DNA of 64,000 nucleotides from Mytilus californianus (Eukaryota): NCBI RefSeq assembly GCF_021869535.1, contig NW_026262674.1, positions 2,852,001 to 2,916,000 of the forward strand, read 5' to 3'. Shown piece by piece: positions 50,501 to 62,075 of this stretch (position 1 is its first letter; each line of letters starts with the position of its first letter). The notes under the pieces were generated by a model. It saw only the letters and a program-made list of their open reading frames with translations, ran no database searches and was not told where the DNA came from. The position numbers and the translations under genes were made by a program.

Positions 50501-52366
50501 ACGTTATATTGCTGGATCTTCCGAGTGCTATAAGAAACTTCTTTCTAATTTATTAACATCAATTTTATCAGCAATTAAAGCCGGGCTTTAAAGTTATTTT
50601 GATGTGAAACTACCTGTTCTAGAGGCGGCTTTAATCAGCTGTGGATACTCAAAAATTCGACAGATCTGTTATAATACATACAATCTAAGATTCTTTCATC
50701 TTGCAACAGTATTAAAGCATTTGACGTTTCTACACTTTACACAATTATTCCCCATTCCAAAGTAAAAGACTAATTGAAAGAGTTGGTCCTGCTTTGTTTC
50801 ATAAAAAAAGAATGGCCAACGTAGATACAAGTATCTTGTCTTAGGGAGTGATAAATCGTACTTTGTAAAAACTAACTCTGATCAAACAAAATATTCTCTG
50901 AAACTGACATTATCAAGATACTTGATTTCTTGATTGACAACATATTTGTTACGTCTAGAGGACGTGTTTTTCAACAAACAATCGGAATTCCATTGGGAAC
51001 CGATAGTTCCTCTTCTTGTCGACTTGTTCCTTTATTCCATGGCGTTATTAGTTTATTTTCGACTTATGAGTTTTTATGTCCCTTTAGTATCTTTTGCCTC
51101 TCTCTCAAAAATGTAATGTACTTCCTAAATGATCAAATATTTTTTACAGAGACTGGACAGTTTTACTTGATGCGTGACAAAGGTCTTCTTAGTTTCATGT
51201 CAACATTTAAATTACAATTATCCTCGCCTAAAGTTAAATGGTTAGTTATATTCAACCCAGAGATTGGACTGTGTCAGAACATTTCGATATACAATACTTC
51301 ACAAGAAATAAATATTCCGACAGAATTCAAAGTCAACAGAAATGAAATTGAAAACAAAGGAATTCATATAATTACATCAAGCAAAACTGATTTAAATGCT
51401 ATATACAAGGACCCAAGCACCAGTGAAGGCCTTTTTATTTTCCCATTAGAAAAGCTGTCTACAACATATATCGCTCCGTCTTTCACTCCCGCCACTGGAG
51501 AATCGTTTATTGGTATCGTTGCAACAAAACCAAACACAGAAGTGAATATAACACTGAAACTACCTAACACTGACAAAATAACTTTTAATAATACAAAGTA
51601 TGGAAATGGAGAAACAATTTCCGTTCATTTAGGAGAAAGGGGGACCCTTGAACTGTCAAGCCAAACTGATCTCACTGGAACAATTATCCAGGCGAACAAA
51701 GATATAGGAGTGCAGTCTGGGGTTGACGCTGCAAAAGTACCTGTAAATAGTGGTTTGATGAATCAGTTATTAGAAATGGTACCGCCAGTTAACGAACTAG
51801 GAAAGTCATTTTTCATACCACCATTATTTGAAAACAAAGAATTTATATTACGTTTAATCGCTGCGCATCCAAATACAACAATTACTCTTCTTGGAATAAA
51901 TTCTAAACAAGCCACCGTTGTGGTAGACCAAATAGGGGATCACATAGATATCCATAGCAACGCCTCTATAAAAGTACAATCTGACAAACCAGTAATGGCA
52001 GTTTATTATCAACAAGGAGAAACTAAACCAGTCGTACCTTTTATGGTTATTATTAAACCAGAAGGCAAACTTGGAGGAGTTCAAGAGTTTACCATTCCTG
52101 ATGACGGGTTAAGACATCATATTCTTATTACCGCTAAGAGTACTGAATACCCCTTTCTTCAGATTGACGGGAAAGGTGTTATTTATAGAAATCCTCATGT
52201 GTACGATACACAGAGTTTAAATTCCACATATGTTGTTGCAAGGGCGGACATTGGCACAGGACATCATACCATAAGTTCGTCATACCCGATTCTTATGAAA
52301 GTCAAACCTGGAATTATCATCTATGCCGATTCCGACAAGGACATTGCTTATGGTTATCCTGTGTAA
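35520..52366 (+). CDS. Secreted mosaic protein, ~1126 aa: signal peptide, Ly6/uPAR domain, ShK-like domains, Thr/Glu mucin-like stalk, IgGFc-binding domain. join(35520-35541,37489-37542,39325-39401,40077-40157,42738-42861,45233-46057,47002-47130,47581-47694,48108-48338,49586-50092,51150-52366)
   Basis: Every exon is bounded by AG/GT, and the phases chain without frameshift (1,1,0,0,1,1,1,1,1,1) to a total of 3381 nt, i.e. 1127 codons. The first exon is the least certain. Confidence 0.85.
37034..37119. repeat. Perfect 43-bp tandem duplication
   Basis: tgttatttgttcaatcgactaacattacatgcattatcagact at 37034 and 37077. Confidence 0.95.
37489..37542 (+). CDS. Exon: signal-peptide hydrophobic core GLIIATIFFAWITPSEER
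   Basis: tttttgcag acceptor, gtaaat donor, phase 1-1. Confidence 0.75.
37665..37830. repeat. Degenerate ~30-bp minisatellite (ttgttacaaccaatgagttt), 5-6 copies, intronic
   Basis: Repeated gttacaac(c/t)aatgagttt core. Confidence 0.8.
39325..39401 (+). CDS. Exon: Ly6/uPAR domain part 1 GLFCYTCFKAKNPDLCHADTQCELEK
   Basis: gcag acceptor, gtaaca donor, CxxC start typical of LU domains. Confidence 0.85.
40077..40157 (+). CDS. Exon: Ly6/uPAR domain part 2 NDQLCGTRRYRDIHGSTSYEKGCVPKL
   Basis: Poly-T cag acceptor, gtgagt donor, phase 0-0. Confidence 0.85.
40850..41030. repeat. Degenerate ~72-bp tandem repeat, ~2.5 copies
   Basis: tgtcctggttacttt...ttgtgctg...atatagacatg recurs. Confidence 0.7.
42738..42861 (+). 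CDS. Exon: Ly6/uPAR domain part 3 MCPNSRTIDQFSPVGRRRRQTEDVIQCCDTDYCNKDHFKS
   Basis: ttttatcag acceptor, gtatgg donor. The CCxxxxCN motif completes a 10-Cys LU domain. This frame is not listed in the ORF track. Confidence 0.88.
43790..44075 (+). mobile_element. Degenerate 3' fragment of a CR1/L2-type LINE ORF2
   Basis: Decayed ...MEDY...RINDHN...LGRYKTIRRKHRTCK...DDEEHF resembles the C-terminal CCHC region of CR1/L2-type ORF2 proteins. Confidence 0.55.
45233..46057 (+). CDS. Exon: three full and one partial ShK-like domains with Ser/Thr linkers
   Basis: Six-Cys modules ending C-x3-C-x2-C (CRHFCGRC, CPKTCKRC, CHLTCGYC); attttag acceptor, gtaagt donor. Confidence 0.92.
46590..46870 (+). mobile_element. 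Penelope-like retroelement fragment (RT C-terminal region), intronic
   Basis: Decayed NFPFLCSNISAAHAYGVDISK*IRYSRACVFYRDFLDR. Confidence 0.7.
47002..47130 (+). CDS. Exon: ShK-like domain
   Basis: CADLDGLTHYCQYEPRDVVCYDEQSVIKSQCYATCGHC; phase 1-1; gtgagt donor. Confidence 0.9.
47581..47694 (+). CDS. Exon: ShK-like domain (alternative in-frame acceptor at 47548)
   Basis: CKDNDTQHYCKQINIDVDCFNEQHIITSGCYSTCHRC; gtgaga donor; absent from the ORF track. Confidence 0.85.
48108..48338 (+). CDS. Exon: linker plus ShK-like domain
   Basis: CLDHENQNMQYCRLLDKNIVCQNELYIKSYGCFSTCSRC; poly-T ccag acceptor, gtaaga donor. Confidence 0.9.
49059..49320 (-). mobile_element. Full-length tRNA-derived SINE with a V-domain-like core and 11-bp TSD
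   Basis: Minus-strand head ggggcctcggtggccgagtgg (A box) ... gagttcgaaccc (B box); core ggttttctccgggcactccggcttcctcc; (aatca)n-like tail; TSD tcatagtttga at 49048-49058 and 49322-49332. A degraded copy lies at ~36155-36275. Confidence 0.9.
49586..50092 (+). CDS. Exon: Thr/Glu-rich mucin-like stalk with (TTEEVS)n 18-bp repeats
   Basis: ORF 49558-50163 trimmed to the cgtag acceptor and the gtgagg donor; phase 1-1. Confidence 0.88.
50300..51030 (+). mobile_element. Penelope-like retroelement reverse-transcriptase fragment, intronic and degenerate
   Basis: LPSLYWIPKLHK...QRYIAGS; FDVSTLYTIIPH; KKNGQRRYKYLVLG; FLIDNIFVT..GRVFQQTIGIPLGT, with stops and frameshifts. Confidence 0.88.
51150..52366 (+). 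CDS. Terminal exon: IgGFc-binding (FCGBP N-terminal-like) domain
   Basis: Motifs FIGIVATKPNTEVNI, DLTGTIIQANKDIGVQSG, LLEMVPPVNELGKSFFIPP, RLIAAHPNTTI, SDKPVMAVYY, PFMVII and terminal AYGYPV*; ttttacag acceptor. Confidence 0.88.
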
Positions 52367-53238
52367 AAATTTGTCCAATAATGTAACGTAACACGAAGTT
52401 AAGTTTGTATTATATGTAGACTATAATAGTAAATCGTATGGAATACTTAATAGATTTACGTCATATCTTTGAGAAAGAAAAATATCTCTGTAGTTATCCT
52501 GCTAACAGGAACGATGCAATTTAATCACAATAATGTAAAGACGTTTATCATTATAATTATAAAGATAACAATTATATTTATGTTTGTTTATTTTCACCGA
52601 AATTGAAATGGGACTATTCTTTGAATCTGTATTATTAAGTAATAAAATTGAGAATGGAAACAGGGAATGTGACAACAACCCAACCAAAGTGCAGAAAACA
52701 ATCCAAGACCACAAATGGTCTTCAACAAAGCGAGAAAATCCCGCACTCGCAGGCGGGCTTGAGCTGGCCCCTTAACAATAATGTATACTAGTTCAGCGAA
52801 AATGGACGCCACACATAACTCCAAAACATATAAATGAATCAAAATAAAAAAAAACACACAAGACTAACAGAGGCCAAAGCTTCCTGACTTGGTACAGTTG
52901 AAAAAATGCGGCGGGGTTAAACATGTTTTGTGAGATCTCAACCCTCCTCCTATATCTCTAACCAATGTAGAATAAACAAACACACAGCAATACGCACAGT
53001 AAAACTCAGTTTAAAAGATGTCCGATGTTAGAATAGATAACAGAAGAAACTAAGCAAAATGAGAGTGATGAACATAAATTAACAAAGGACTACTAGCAGT
53101 TACTGACATGCCAATTCCAGACCTCAATTTAACTGATTGAAAGATTATGTCTTTATCATATGCTTGACCTGCACTTGTGTTTTAATTTTTTTCATAAAAA
53201 ATTTAAAAAAATACCAAGGTGCAACCAACATTTATTAA

Positions 53239-53796
53239 GGTTCATCATAACAAATGGACAAATATGGCCGTATTTTCACCTCAAAAATTACTCTGTGTAC
53301 AGACTTACCTGTGCAGTTTGGAAAGTTTTACGGCCTGGCATCCACTAGATATATAAAAGTTAAATTTATTTTTTATATCAGAATCTTTGATTATGATGGG
53401 CATTTTTCCGTTCCTACAGAAGGTGTAAAAATAAACTAAGTTGGGATATAACTTTGAGATGCTCCCTCTCAGGTAACAACTGATTTGTATTGTATTGATT
53501 GTCCTTGATTGGCATGGACAATAGATATCTACACATCTATAGGTGAGTTAAAGGTACTAACTGAGTGGACAGTATCAAATGCAATTGAGGTGTTTGTTTA
53601 TTTTTACACCTTCTGCAGGAAGGAAAAAATGCCCATCATATTCAAAAAAAGATTTTATATGCAAAATGAATTTAACTTTTATATATCTATTTGATGCCAG
53701 GCCTTAAAACTTTCCAAACTGCACAGGTAAGTCTGTACACAGAGAAGTTTTTGATGTGAAAATACGGCCATATCTGTCCATTTGTTATGATGAACC
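53239..53796. mobile_element. MITE with ~140-bp TIRs and TTAA target-site duplication (Kolobok-like GG termini)
   Basis: ttaa|ggttcatcataacaaatggac... and ...gtccatttgttatgatgaacc|ttaa. The two arms give near-identical translations on opposite strands in the ORF track. Confidence 0.88.
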
Positions 53797-56700
53797 TTAA
53801 TTGAAGAAAGACAGGCATCAGCAATGGCAAAAAAGAGGAAAGGACAAACATGTGAACAGTCCATAAAACATAGAAAATTAAAGACTGACCTCTTATGACT
53901 GGACTCGGTGCCTCGGAAAGAACGCAGTAAATTTTTACTCTCCTAGAGACATCCGCCATGTCGCTCATGACAGGCAAAAATCCGGAGATAAATCGGATTC
54001 GTATGGGAATTTACAAATGAGAAATGCACCGACTCTCTAATAGGAAAAGCAAAACGTTTGACTACTACTAGTATATAACCTAGGAGATATATATCCCATA
54101 TACACGCAATGCTCGAATGTTGCTACATAAAAATGGAAAGTTCTCAATGGAAAACTGAAGCTATCCTTAGCCGTTAAGATTAATCCTCAGATAACCCTTA
54201 CTGTAATTTCTGTATATCGAGATACGATCGAATATAACTGTAGATACAGAATCCTTTATTTCAAGTTCAGTGTGGTAATGGCGATGAACATATTTATCAA
54301 ACTATATGTATGAATCATTTATTGAGAGCGAATCATCTATATGATACAAAATGAAGTTATTATAATGCTAGCTTACTTTCCTTCAGAAGCCCCATTATGA
54401 AGTTTTCTCCATACTAATAAATGAACAAGTCGGTAGCAAGAGGAACACATGTCCAATTGGTTCTAATTACTAAAAAATGAACAAGTCAGTAGCAAGAGGA
54501 ACACATGTCCAATTGGTTCTAATTGGAATGGCTGCTGTCTGTTGATAAAGCGTCTAAAAAACGTATCAAATTTCAGGACTGTTTGGAAAGAATCATAGTG
54601 TTTTTAACAAAGTAGGATTTGATAAATAAAAGCAACAGTAGTATAAAGTTAAATCACAAAAATACTGAACTCCGAGGAAAATTCAAAACGGAAAGTCCCT
54701 AATCAAATGGCAAAATCAAAAGCACAAACACATCAAACGAATGGACAACAACTGTCATATTCCGGACTTGGTACAATAGTCATAACTCGATTAAGCTAAA
54801 ACAAATCCGGGCAACAAACCAAAACCGAGGGAAACACATCAACTATAAGAGGAAAACAACGGAACAACAGAAACACTGAACTGCAACAAAAACAAACGCC
54901 AACTTACAAAGAAACGGACTATTTGATAACAACTGCCATATTCTTGACTTGGTACAGGACATTTTAAGAAAAAATGGTGGGTTGAACCTGGTTTTATGGC
55001 TAGCCAAACCTCCCGCTTATATGGTAATGTTAAAAATACCGCTAAAATGACAACATTACGTGACAGGAATACAGTACAAATAAACGCAAGAACACTCAGG
55101 ACAGAGAAATACATAAATAAATGATATAATAGTACATTGACCTTAACTAAAATATGATATTGTTATCTTCGTTGGCAGTTTTTATGAATGAAGTACCTTG
55201 AAGAACACACATATAAATGGCGTAGAGCAAATTGTTGTATGCTATTGGAAGAATAAAATGTTGTGCTCTAATTAAGACCTTAACACTTTATTTGGTACTC
55301 GTCATATGTTGATGACCAGACGATATCTTTCCTTTTTATATATTCCATGGTAGCAGTCCCAATTGCGTTAATATAGATATCCTATAATGAAAATTCAATT
55401 TCAAATATGGCTACTGCAAGTTTATGTCTACCTAAAACTATGTCAAATTTATAATAGTGAGTGTTGCATCGTCATTATAACGCAGATCCTTCATGTTATG
55501 ACGTCACATACCTTTATAATACCAAGTGATATATGGTACAATTGATCAAAGATATAAGCCTGTTACAGAAAAAAGTAAAATAGCAAAAATACCGAACTCC
55601 AAGGAAAATTCAAATCGGAAAGTCCCTTATCAAATGGCAAGATCAAAAGCTCAAACACATCAAACGAATGGAAAACAACTGTCTTGTTCCTGACTTGGTA
55701 CAGACATTTCCTAATGTAGAAAATGGTGGTAATGGAACTTAACTTGTATATAGGTTAATTTATTTTTCATCCAGGTATGACTAAAATACATGTCTTGCCA
55801 CATTAATAAATTGCAAAAAGCAGACGAATTGAATTTAAATTCATCTCAATACTTGATCACTAATGACAAAAGGTGATGGTTGATTGGTGATTTGCGTCAG
55901 TTACAAAAATAACATGCATATCATGACTAGAATGTGTAAATGCGTTTGCAATATTAAAATTGAGAAGATTCTGATGACACAAACGTGCAATTCCTCAGGA
56001 ATTGACCATGCTCCTCCGACTCCGAGACAATAAATGCATACTTGAAATTTGAATATGAATATAAATGTTTTATGCAATCTGTATTACGATACCACGTTTC
56101 TTTGATTATCAAGTGTCAGTAAACCATTGCATTTTATATTCATATCATGACTGGTAAAAGTGTTTTTTTTTTAAATAACTGATCATTGTTTTGTTGATAA
56201 TATTTGATATGAAATTATTTCGTAACTTGTGATAGAGGAACTTATCTTGTACGTGTTCTCAAAGGTGGAACACCTTTACGCATGTATATTTCTTAGTATT
56301 TGGCAAATGTCTTGTCCAGCGCTTTCGCGCTTTGGTTATATTTGTTCTAATGTTGTACTGTTACATCACTGTTCCAGGTTAGGGGAGGATTGAGCGCTCA
56401 CAATCACGTTCTGTATGTGCCTGTCCCATGTCGTGAGCCTGTAAGTCAATGGTTGTCGTTGGTTTATACATAAATCTGTTCGTTTGTTTTTTCGTTTGAT
56501 TTGTTATCTAATTTTGTAATGTCGGGCCTTTTATAGCTGACTATATGGTATGGGTTTGCTCAATGTTAATCTATTATAATTTTAAGATAATTACCATAGA
56601 ATGAAAAAAAAATGTAAAATTTGTCATTTTTAAAGGGCAATAACTCCTATAAAAAGTCGTCTGACAGTTTTGATGTAAATGGACAATGGGTTGTTCTAAT

Positions 56701-57508
56701 AATTCTCAATATTTCTGCCGTACAATTCTCTATTTGTATCGGTTTTCAAGATAATAGACAAAACTTGCATTTTCCCCTGTTTTATTTTTAGTCATGTCGG
56801 CCATGTTATTTGGCAGACTAGGTCATCTAATCGACATTTTTTAAAACTAAATACCCAAATGAAGATTGTGACCAACTTTAGTTGGCTCAGTAGTTTCAGA
56901 GAAGATTTTTGTAAGAGTTAACGATGACGGACGATGACGGACGCCAAGTGATGAGAAAGCTCACTAAAAAGTTAAAAAATTACTTAAAGTTTTTATTGTG
57001 ATCTGGTTGCTATCTCGTGGACGTTTACCAAATATTTCTTTTAATACATAAACACATTGCACCTATGGTATAGTATTATTCTTATTACTCAATTTTCTGA
57101 AATTTTCTATTCCTTTTTGTTTTTCATGCAAACAGAGTTAAAAGGTATGGATCAAGTACTCAAAACTAGTTTAACCCGGTCATATGTGAGATTGCCTGGC
57201 CTAATTTCATGGTTTTTTTCACTGAATATTTAAGTGCTTTGCACTTTAATAACTTAAAAGATGAGTGGTCTCTATCGAATTCAGAACCTCTGTTTAGAAT
57301 GTGGTGTTGAAAATGGTCTACTTATGGAAATTTAATGCACGTTTTTTATTTCGTTTTCCGTAATTTAATTACATCCGTTTAACAATTATTAACAGCACTG
57401 ACGTTGGAAACAGAATGCTTTGACGACTTTTCTCCCAGCAAGACAAAATGATAGAATAGAATACGAAACGGGGAATGTGTCAAAAGGACAACAACCCGAC
57501 CAAAGAGT

Positions 57509-59651
57509 AACAAAAGTGCACACGCTGAAATGTCTCGCCTGTTTTACTAACCATTGATTTTATGTTGAAAGTCTTAAAGATAAAGGTTTTACTACAAGTA
57601 TCACATAAACTTAACTTTAATAAAGATCCATGACAATGAGGTCAAGGTCAGATAAAAACTGTCACACAGACAGGTACACCTTTCAATTATTCCATACACC
57701 AAATATAGTTGACCTATTGCTTATGGCGATTGAAAAACAGATCAAAACACAAAAATTTAGCGTTGTCCAATGAACCATGGAAATGAGGTCATGGTCAGAT
57801 GATACTGGCTAGATAGACATGTACACCTTACCATCATTCAATACACCAATTATAGTTGACCTATTGATATTAGTCTTTGATAAACAGACCAAAACACAAA
57901 AATTAACATTGACCAATGAACCATGAAAATGAGGTCAGGGTCAGATGAAACCTGCTAGACAGACATGTACACCTTACAATCATTCCATACACCAATTATA
58001 GTTGACCTATTGCTATTAGTATTTGAAAAACAGACCAAAACAAAAAAACTTAACATTGACCAATGAACCATGAAAATGAGGTCAAGGTCAGATGACACCC
58101 ACAAGACAGACATGTACACCTTACAATCATTCCATACACCAATTATAGTTGACCTATTGCTATTATTATTTGAAAAACAGACCAAAACAAAAAAACTTAA
58201 CATTGACCAATTAACCATGAAAATGAGGTCAGGGTTAGATGACACCCGCCAGACAGACATGTACACCTTACAATCATTCCATACACCAAATATAGTTGAC
58301 CTATTGCTTACAAGATTTGAAAAACAGACCAAAACACCAACGAGAGGCTGTCAGAGCGACATCAAACAGGATTTTTTTTAATTTATTTGTGTCCTAACAA
58401 TCATCAATATTGAACTTGACCTCCATTTTGTCATCAGTAACAACATATTAAAATTTGAAAAGCTTTGGTTGAAAGGTTCATGAGTTAAAGCACGGACACG
58501 ACTGGAAAGACCATTTTTCAATCTTTCAAGAACCATAACTCCTGAACGGTGAAAGTGAAAATCGTCAATATTGAACTTGACCTCCATTTTGTCATTAGTA
58601 ACAACATATTAAAATTTAAAAAGCTTTGGTTTAACGGTTCATGAGTAAATGCACGGACACAACTTGAAAGACAATTTTTCAATCTTTCAAGAACCATAAC
58701 TCCTGAACGGTGAAAGTGAAAATCGTCAATATTGAACTTGACCTCCAATATGTCATCAGTAACAAGATATTAAAATCTGAAAAGCTTCGGTTGAACGGTT
58801 CATGAGTAAATGCACGGACACTGTTTGGCAGCCGCCCGCCGTACATCTCCAAATCAATAATCGATTTTTCCTTCGGAAATCCGGTTTAAAATTAACAAAG
58901 ACCAATGAACCATGAAAATGAGGTCAAGAAAAGGCAACAGTAGTATACCGCTGTTCGAAATTCATAAATCGATTGAGAAAAAAAACCAAATCCGGGTTAC
59001 AAACTAAAACTGAGGAAAACACATCAAATATAAGAGAACTACGACACAACAGAATCACAACATTAAAATGTAAAACACACAGAAACGAACTATTATATAA
59101 CAATGGCCATTTTCCTGACTTGGAACAGAACATTTTAAGAAAAAAATGGTGGGTTGAACCTGGTTTTGTGCCTAGCCAAACCTCCAAAGCTCAGATGAAA
59201 CCTGCCATTCTGACATGTACCCCTTACAATCATTCCATACACCACATATAGTTGACCTGCTGCTTGTAGTATCTGAGAACCGGACCTAATCATGTAACTT
59301 TAACCTTAATCACTGATCCATGATGAATTGAGGTCAAGGTCAGGTTAACCCTGTCTGATGGACATGTAGATGTTGCAAGGAACCCATATACCAAATACAG
59401 TTATCCTATTACTCATAATAAGTGAGAAATTAACATGACAAAAAAACTAATTTTTTTTCTAGTCACTGAACCATGAAAATTAGGTCAAGGACAATGGGCA
59501 TATAACAGACGGAAACTTCGTAACACAAGGTATGAAGCATCCAGGTCTTCTACCTTCTGAAATATAAGGCTTTATACAAATAGTTTATGCCACCGCCGGA
59601 TAGTAATACCTATGTCTCGCATACTGCAACTTTTGTCGCAGGCAAGACATA
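57509..59651 (+). mobile_element. HINE/pearl-like element with ~137-bp core tandem repeats and two nested insertions
   Basis: 5' aacaaaagtgcacacgctgaaatgtctcgcc; core gaccaatgaaccatgaaaatgaggtcaaggtcagatg repeats; 3' hairpin tgtctcgc...gcaagaca before an A-tract. It splits a ttgagaatgg-family copy. Confidence 0.8.
58340..58890 (+). mobile_element. Nested HINE-like element with ~166-bp core repeats
   Basis: Starts aacgagaggctgtc; gtcaatattgaacttgacctccattttgtcat repeats about three times; ends ggaaatccggtttaaaa. Confidence 0.75.
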
Positions 59652-60334
59652 AAAAAAAACAGCCCAGGGCCATCAATGGTTCTTCAACGCAGTGAGAAAA
59701 TCCCTATCACTCAAATAAACCCAAACTTTCAATATAAACATGTATCGTATCATTTTTCAGTAGGACAACCCTACTAGTTTTGAAATAAACTATCTCGCTG
59801 CGTTGAAGACCCATTGGTGGCCTTGGGCTGTTTTCTGCTCTTTTGTCAGGTTGTCGTCTCTTTGACACATTTCCCGTTTAGATTCTCAATTCTAATTGTT
59901 AGGTTTGTATTTGGATGTACCAATATTTAAAACTCTATGTTTGCTCTTACAACTTGCAACTGTCATACAAGCGAGAGGTTTAGCTAGCTATAAAACCAGG
60001 TTTAATCCACCATTTTCTACATAAGGAAATGCCTGTACCAAGTCAGGAATATGACAGTTGTTTTCAATTCGTTTGATGTGTTTGAGATTTTGATTTTGCC
60101 AATTTGATAATGGAATTTCCGATTTGAATTTTCCTTGGAGTTCAGTAATTTTGTTATTTTACTTTTTCACCTAATACAGAATTGGTTTGACCTGGCATTG
60201 AAACAAAGTCTGTATAATTTTTCTGATTTTTGTGTCATTGGATTGCTGTCTCATTGATTATACCCACAGCTTATATTCATATCTCAAATCGCTTCAGTTC
60301 AAAAAGACAGATGTATCTAATGCATATGAATGAT

Positions 60335-60913
60335 AACAAGCATTCTGTGAGTATTGCATGGCAATACATAGTCCCCTACCAGTAAAAAATTCATTGTATT
60401 GGAACAAAAGTCTAACTTGATCTATTACTTGTCATGGTGTAAACTATATAACAAATATCAAGTCAATATCTTCAAGCATGACTTAAAAAAAGTGTTGAAA
60501 CTGATTTTTTAAGTGAATTTTCTAAGTCCAAGGACCATAACCTTGCACAAAATCATCAGACGGGAACAAAATTCAAACTTCAACTGTAACTTGTCATGAT
60601 AAACTATATACCAATTATCAAATCAATATCTTCAAGAATGACAAAAAAAAGTGCAGAAAACTGATTATTTTAGTGAATTTTCTAGGTCAAAGGACCATAA
60701 CTCTGCACAAAATCATCAAACCGGAACAAAATTCAAACTTGATCTGTAACTTGTCATGATAAAACAATACACCAAATATCAAATCAATATCTTCAAGCAT
60801 GAAGAAAAGAGTGTGGAAAACTGATTTGAAGGACTGACAGACAGACAGACAGACAGACAGATGGACGGAGTGCAAACCTAAAGTCCCCTTCGACCTCTTC
60901 GATAGGGGACTAG
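60335..60913 (+). mobile_element. HINE/pearl-like element: subterminal IR, ~161-bp core repeats, (GACA)n microsatellite, 3' hairpin
   Basis: agtcccct at 60370; three core repeats; (gaca)n at ~60835-60861; hairpin agtcccct...aggggact at 60882-60911. Confidence 0.85.
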
Positions 60914-61879
60914 TAACATTAAATGTACCAATTTCTATATTGCACCAGTTGGGCTTTTCAACAAATATGTCTCTTCAGTGATGCTCTAGACCAAATGATT
61001 TGAAAATCCAAAATTTATTAAAAATTTGAAGACCTGATTAAACCAAAAACTACAAAAAATATAGCCAAAGCTGGGCAAGGAATCGGAGCATTGCATGAGG
61101 GAGATGTATCATATAGATAATATAAGCTATCTTTTGTACTGCCTAGGTAGTCAAAACTATCAACAATGGTCAAAATAGGCTAAAAAAGACAATAGATATA
61201 AGAAGATGTGGTATGAGTGCCAATGAGACAACTTTCCATCCAAGTAACAATTTATAAAAGTAAACCATTATAGGTCAAGGTACGGCCTTCAACACGAAGC
61301 ATTGGCTCACACTGAACAGCAAGCTATAAAGGGCCCAAAAAATGACTAGTGTAAAACCATTCAAACGGGAAAACCAACGGTCTAATCTATATAAAAATGA
61401 GAAACGAGAAACACATATGAACTATTTGCAGCGGGATTAAACGTTTTAATGGTACCAAATATTCACCCTTTTCTGAAACAATAGTACAACATCACAACAT
61501 AGAAAGACACACTATAAAATATTAAAGTTTGATATTTTAATGTAATTATATCAACAATGCAACACAAACTGGATTAACAATGAAATTCAACTAATAGTAA
61601 GGTAATTATGAGTGAATACAAATTTCAAAAGTCAATTTATCCTTCCGTCTTTTTTCCATTCATGTATTTAAAACAATGAAACAATTGACGTCTTTTCTAA
61701 GAACTTTCATTATAACAACAAATTACCTTTTATTTCTTACATTAAAAATATAAAGTATGCAATGAACACCATTTAAAAAAAATGCAAATACTGAATCATA
61801 CAATTTGTTTCAAAATCAAATTTAACAAATATAATATAATGGTTTAATTTGGAAAATGAAGGAAAAACAGATAAAACTT

Positions 61880-62075
61880 TTTATTTTTCACTCTATTCGG
61901 TCCTGACTTTTTTTTTTTACATAAATTGTCATCCTGCCTTTTTTTTTGCAAAGTGTCTCATCCTGCCTTTTTTTTTTATTCAAAACTCCTGTCCTGCCTA
62001 TTTTTTTCAAATTTCATCCTAGCCCTCCCCCCCCCCCCCCCCCCCCCCCATAAAAATCAAATGGTATCTCCCTTA
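61880..62075 (-). mobile_element. Partial copy of the gggagctaccatttga MITE
   Basis: Ends caaatggtatctccctta; reverse-complement similarity to 63251-63465. Confidence 0.8.

Noticed and set aside
50930-51149. N-terminal part of the 478-aa ORF
   Set aside because: It is Penelope RT plus a dispersed-repeat fragment that happens to be in frame. The real exon starts at the 51150 acceptor.
52350-52510. Stop-codon duplication at the mosaic gene's end
   Set aside because: Only a 9-bp match (gttatcctg) ~140 bp downstream, which is chance level. This gene does not show the pattern.
57955-59251. Several repetitive ORFs
   Set aside because: They are translations of the 137-bp and 166-bp core repeats of non-autonomous elements.
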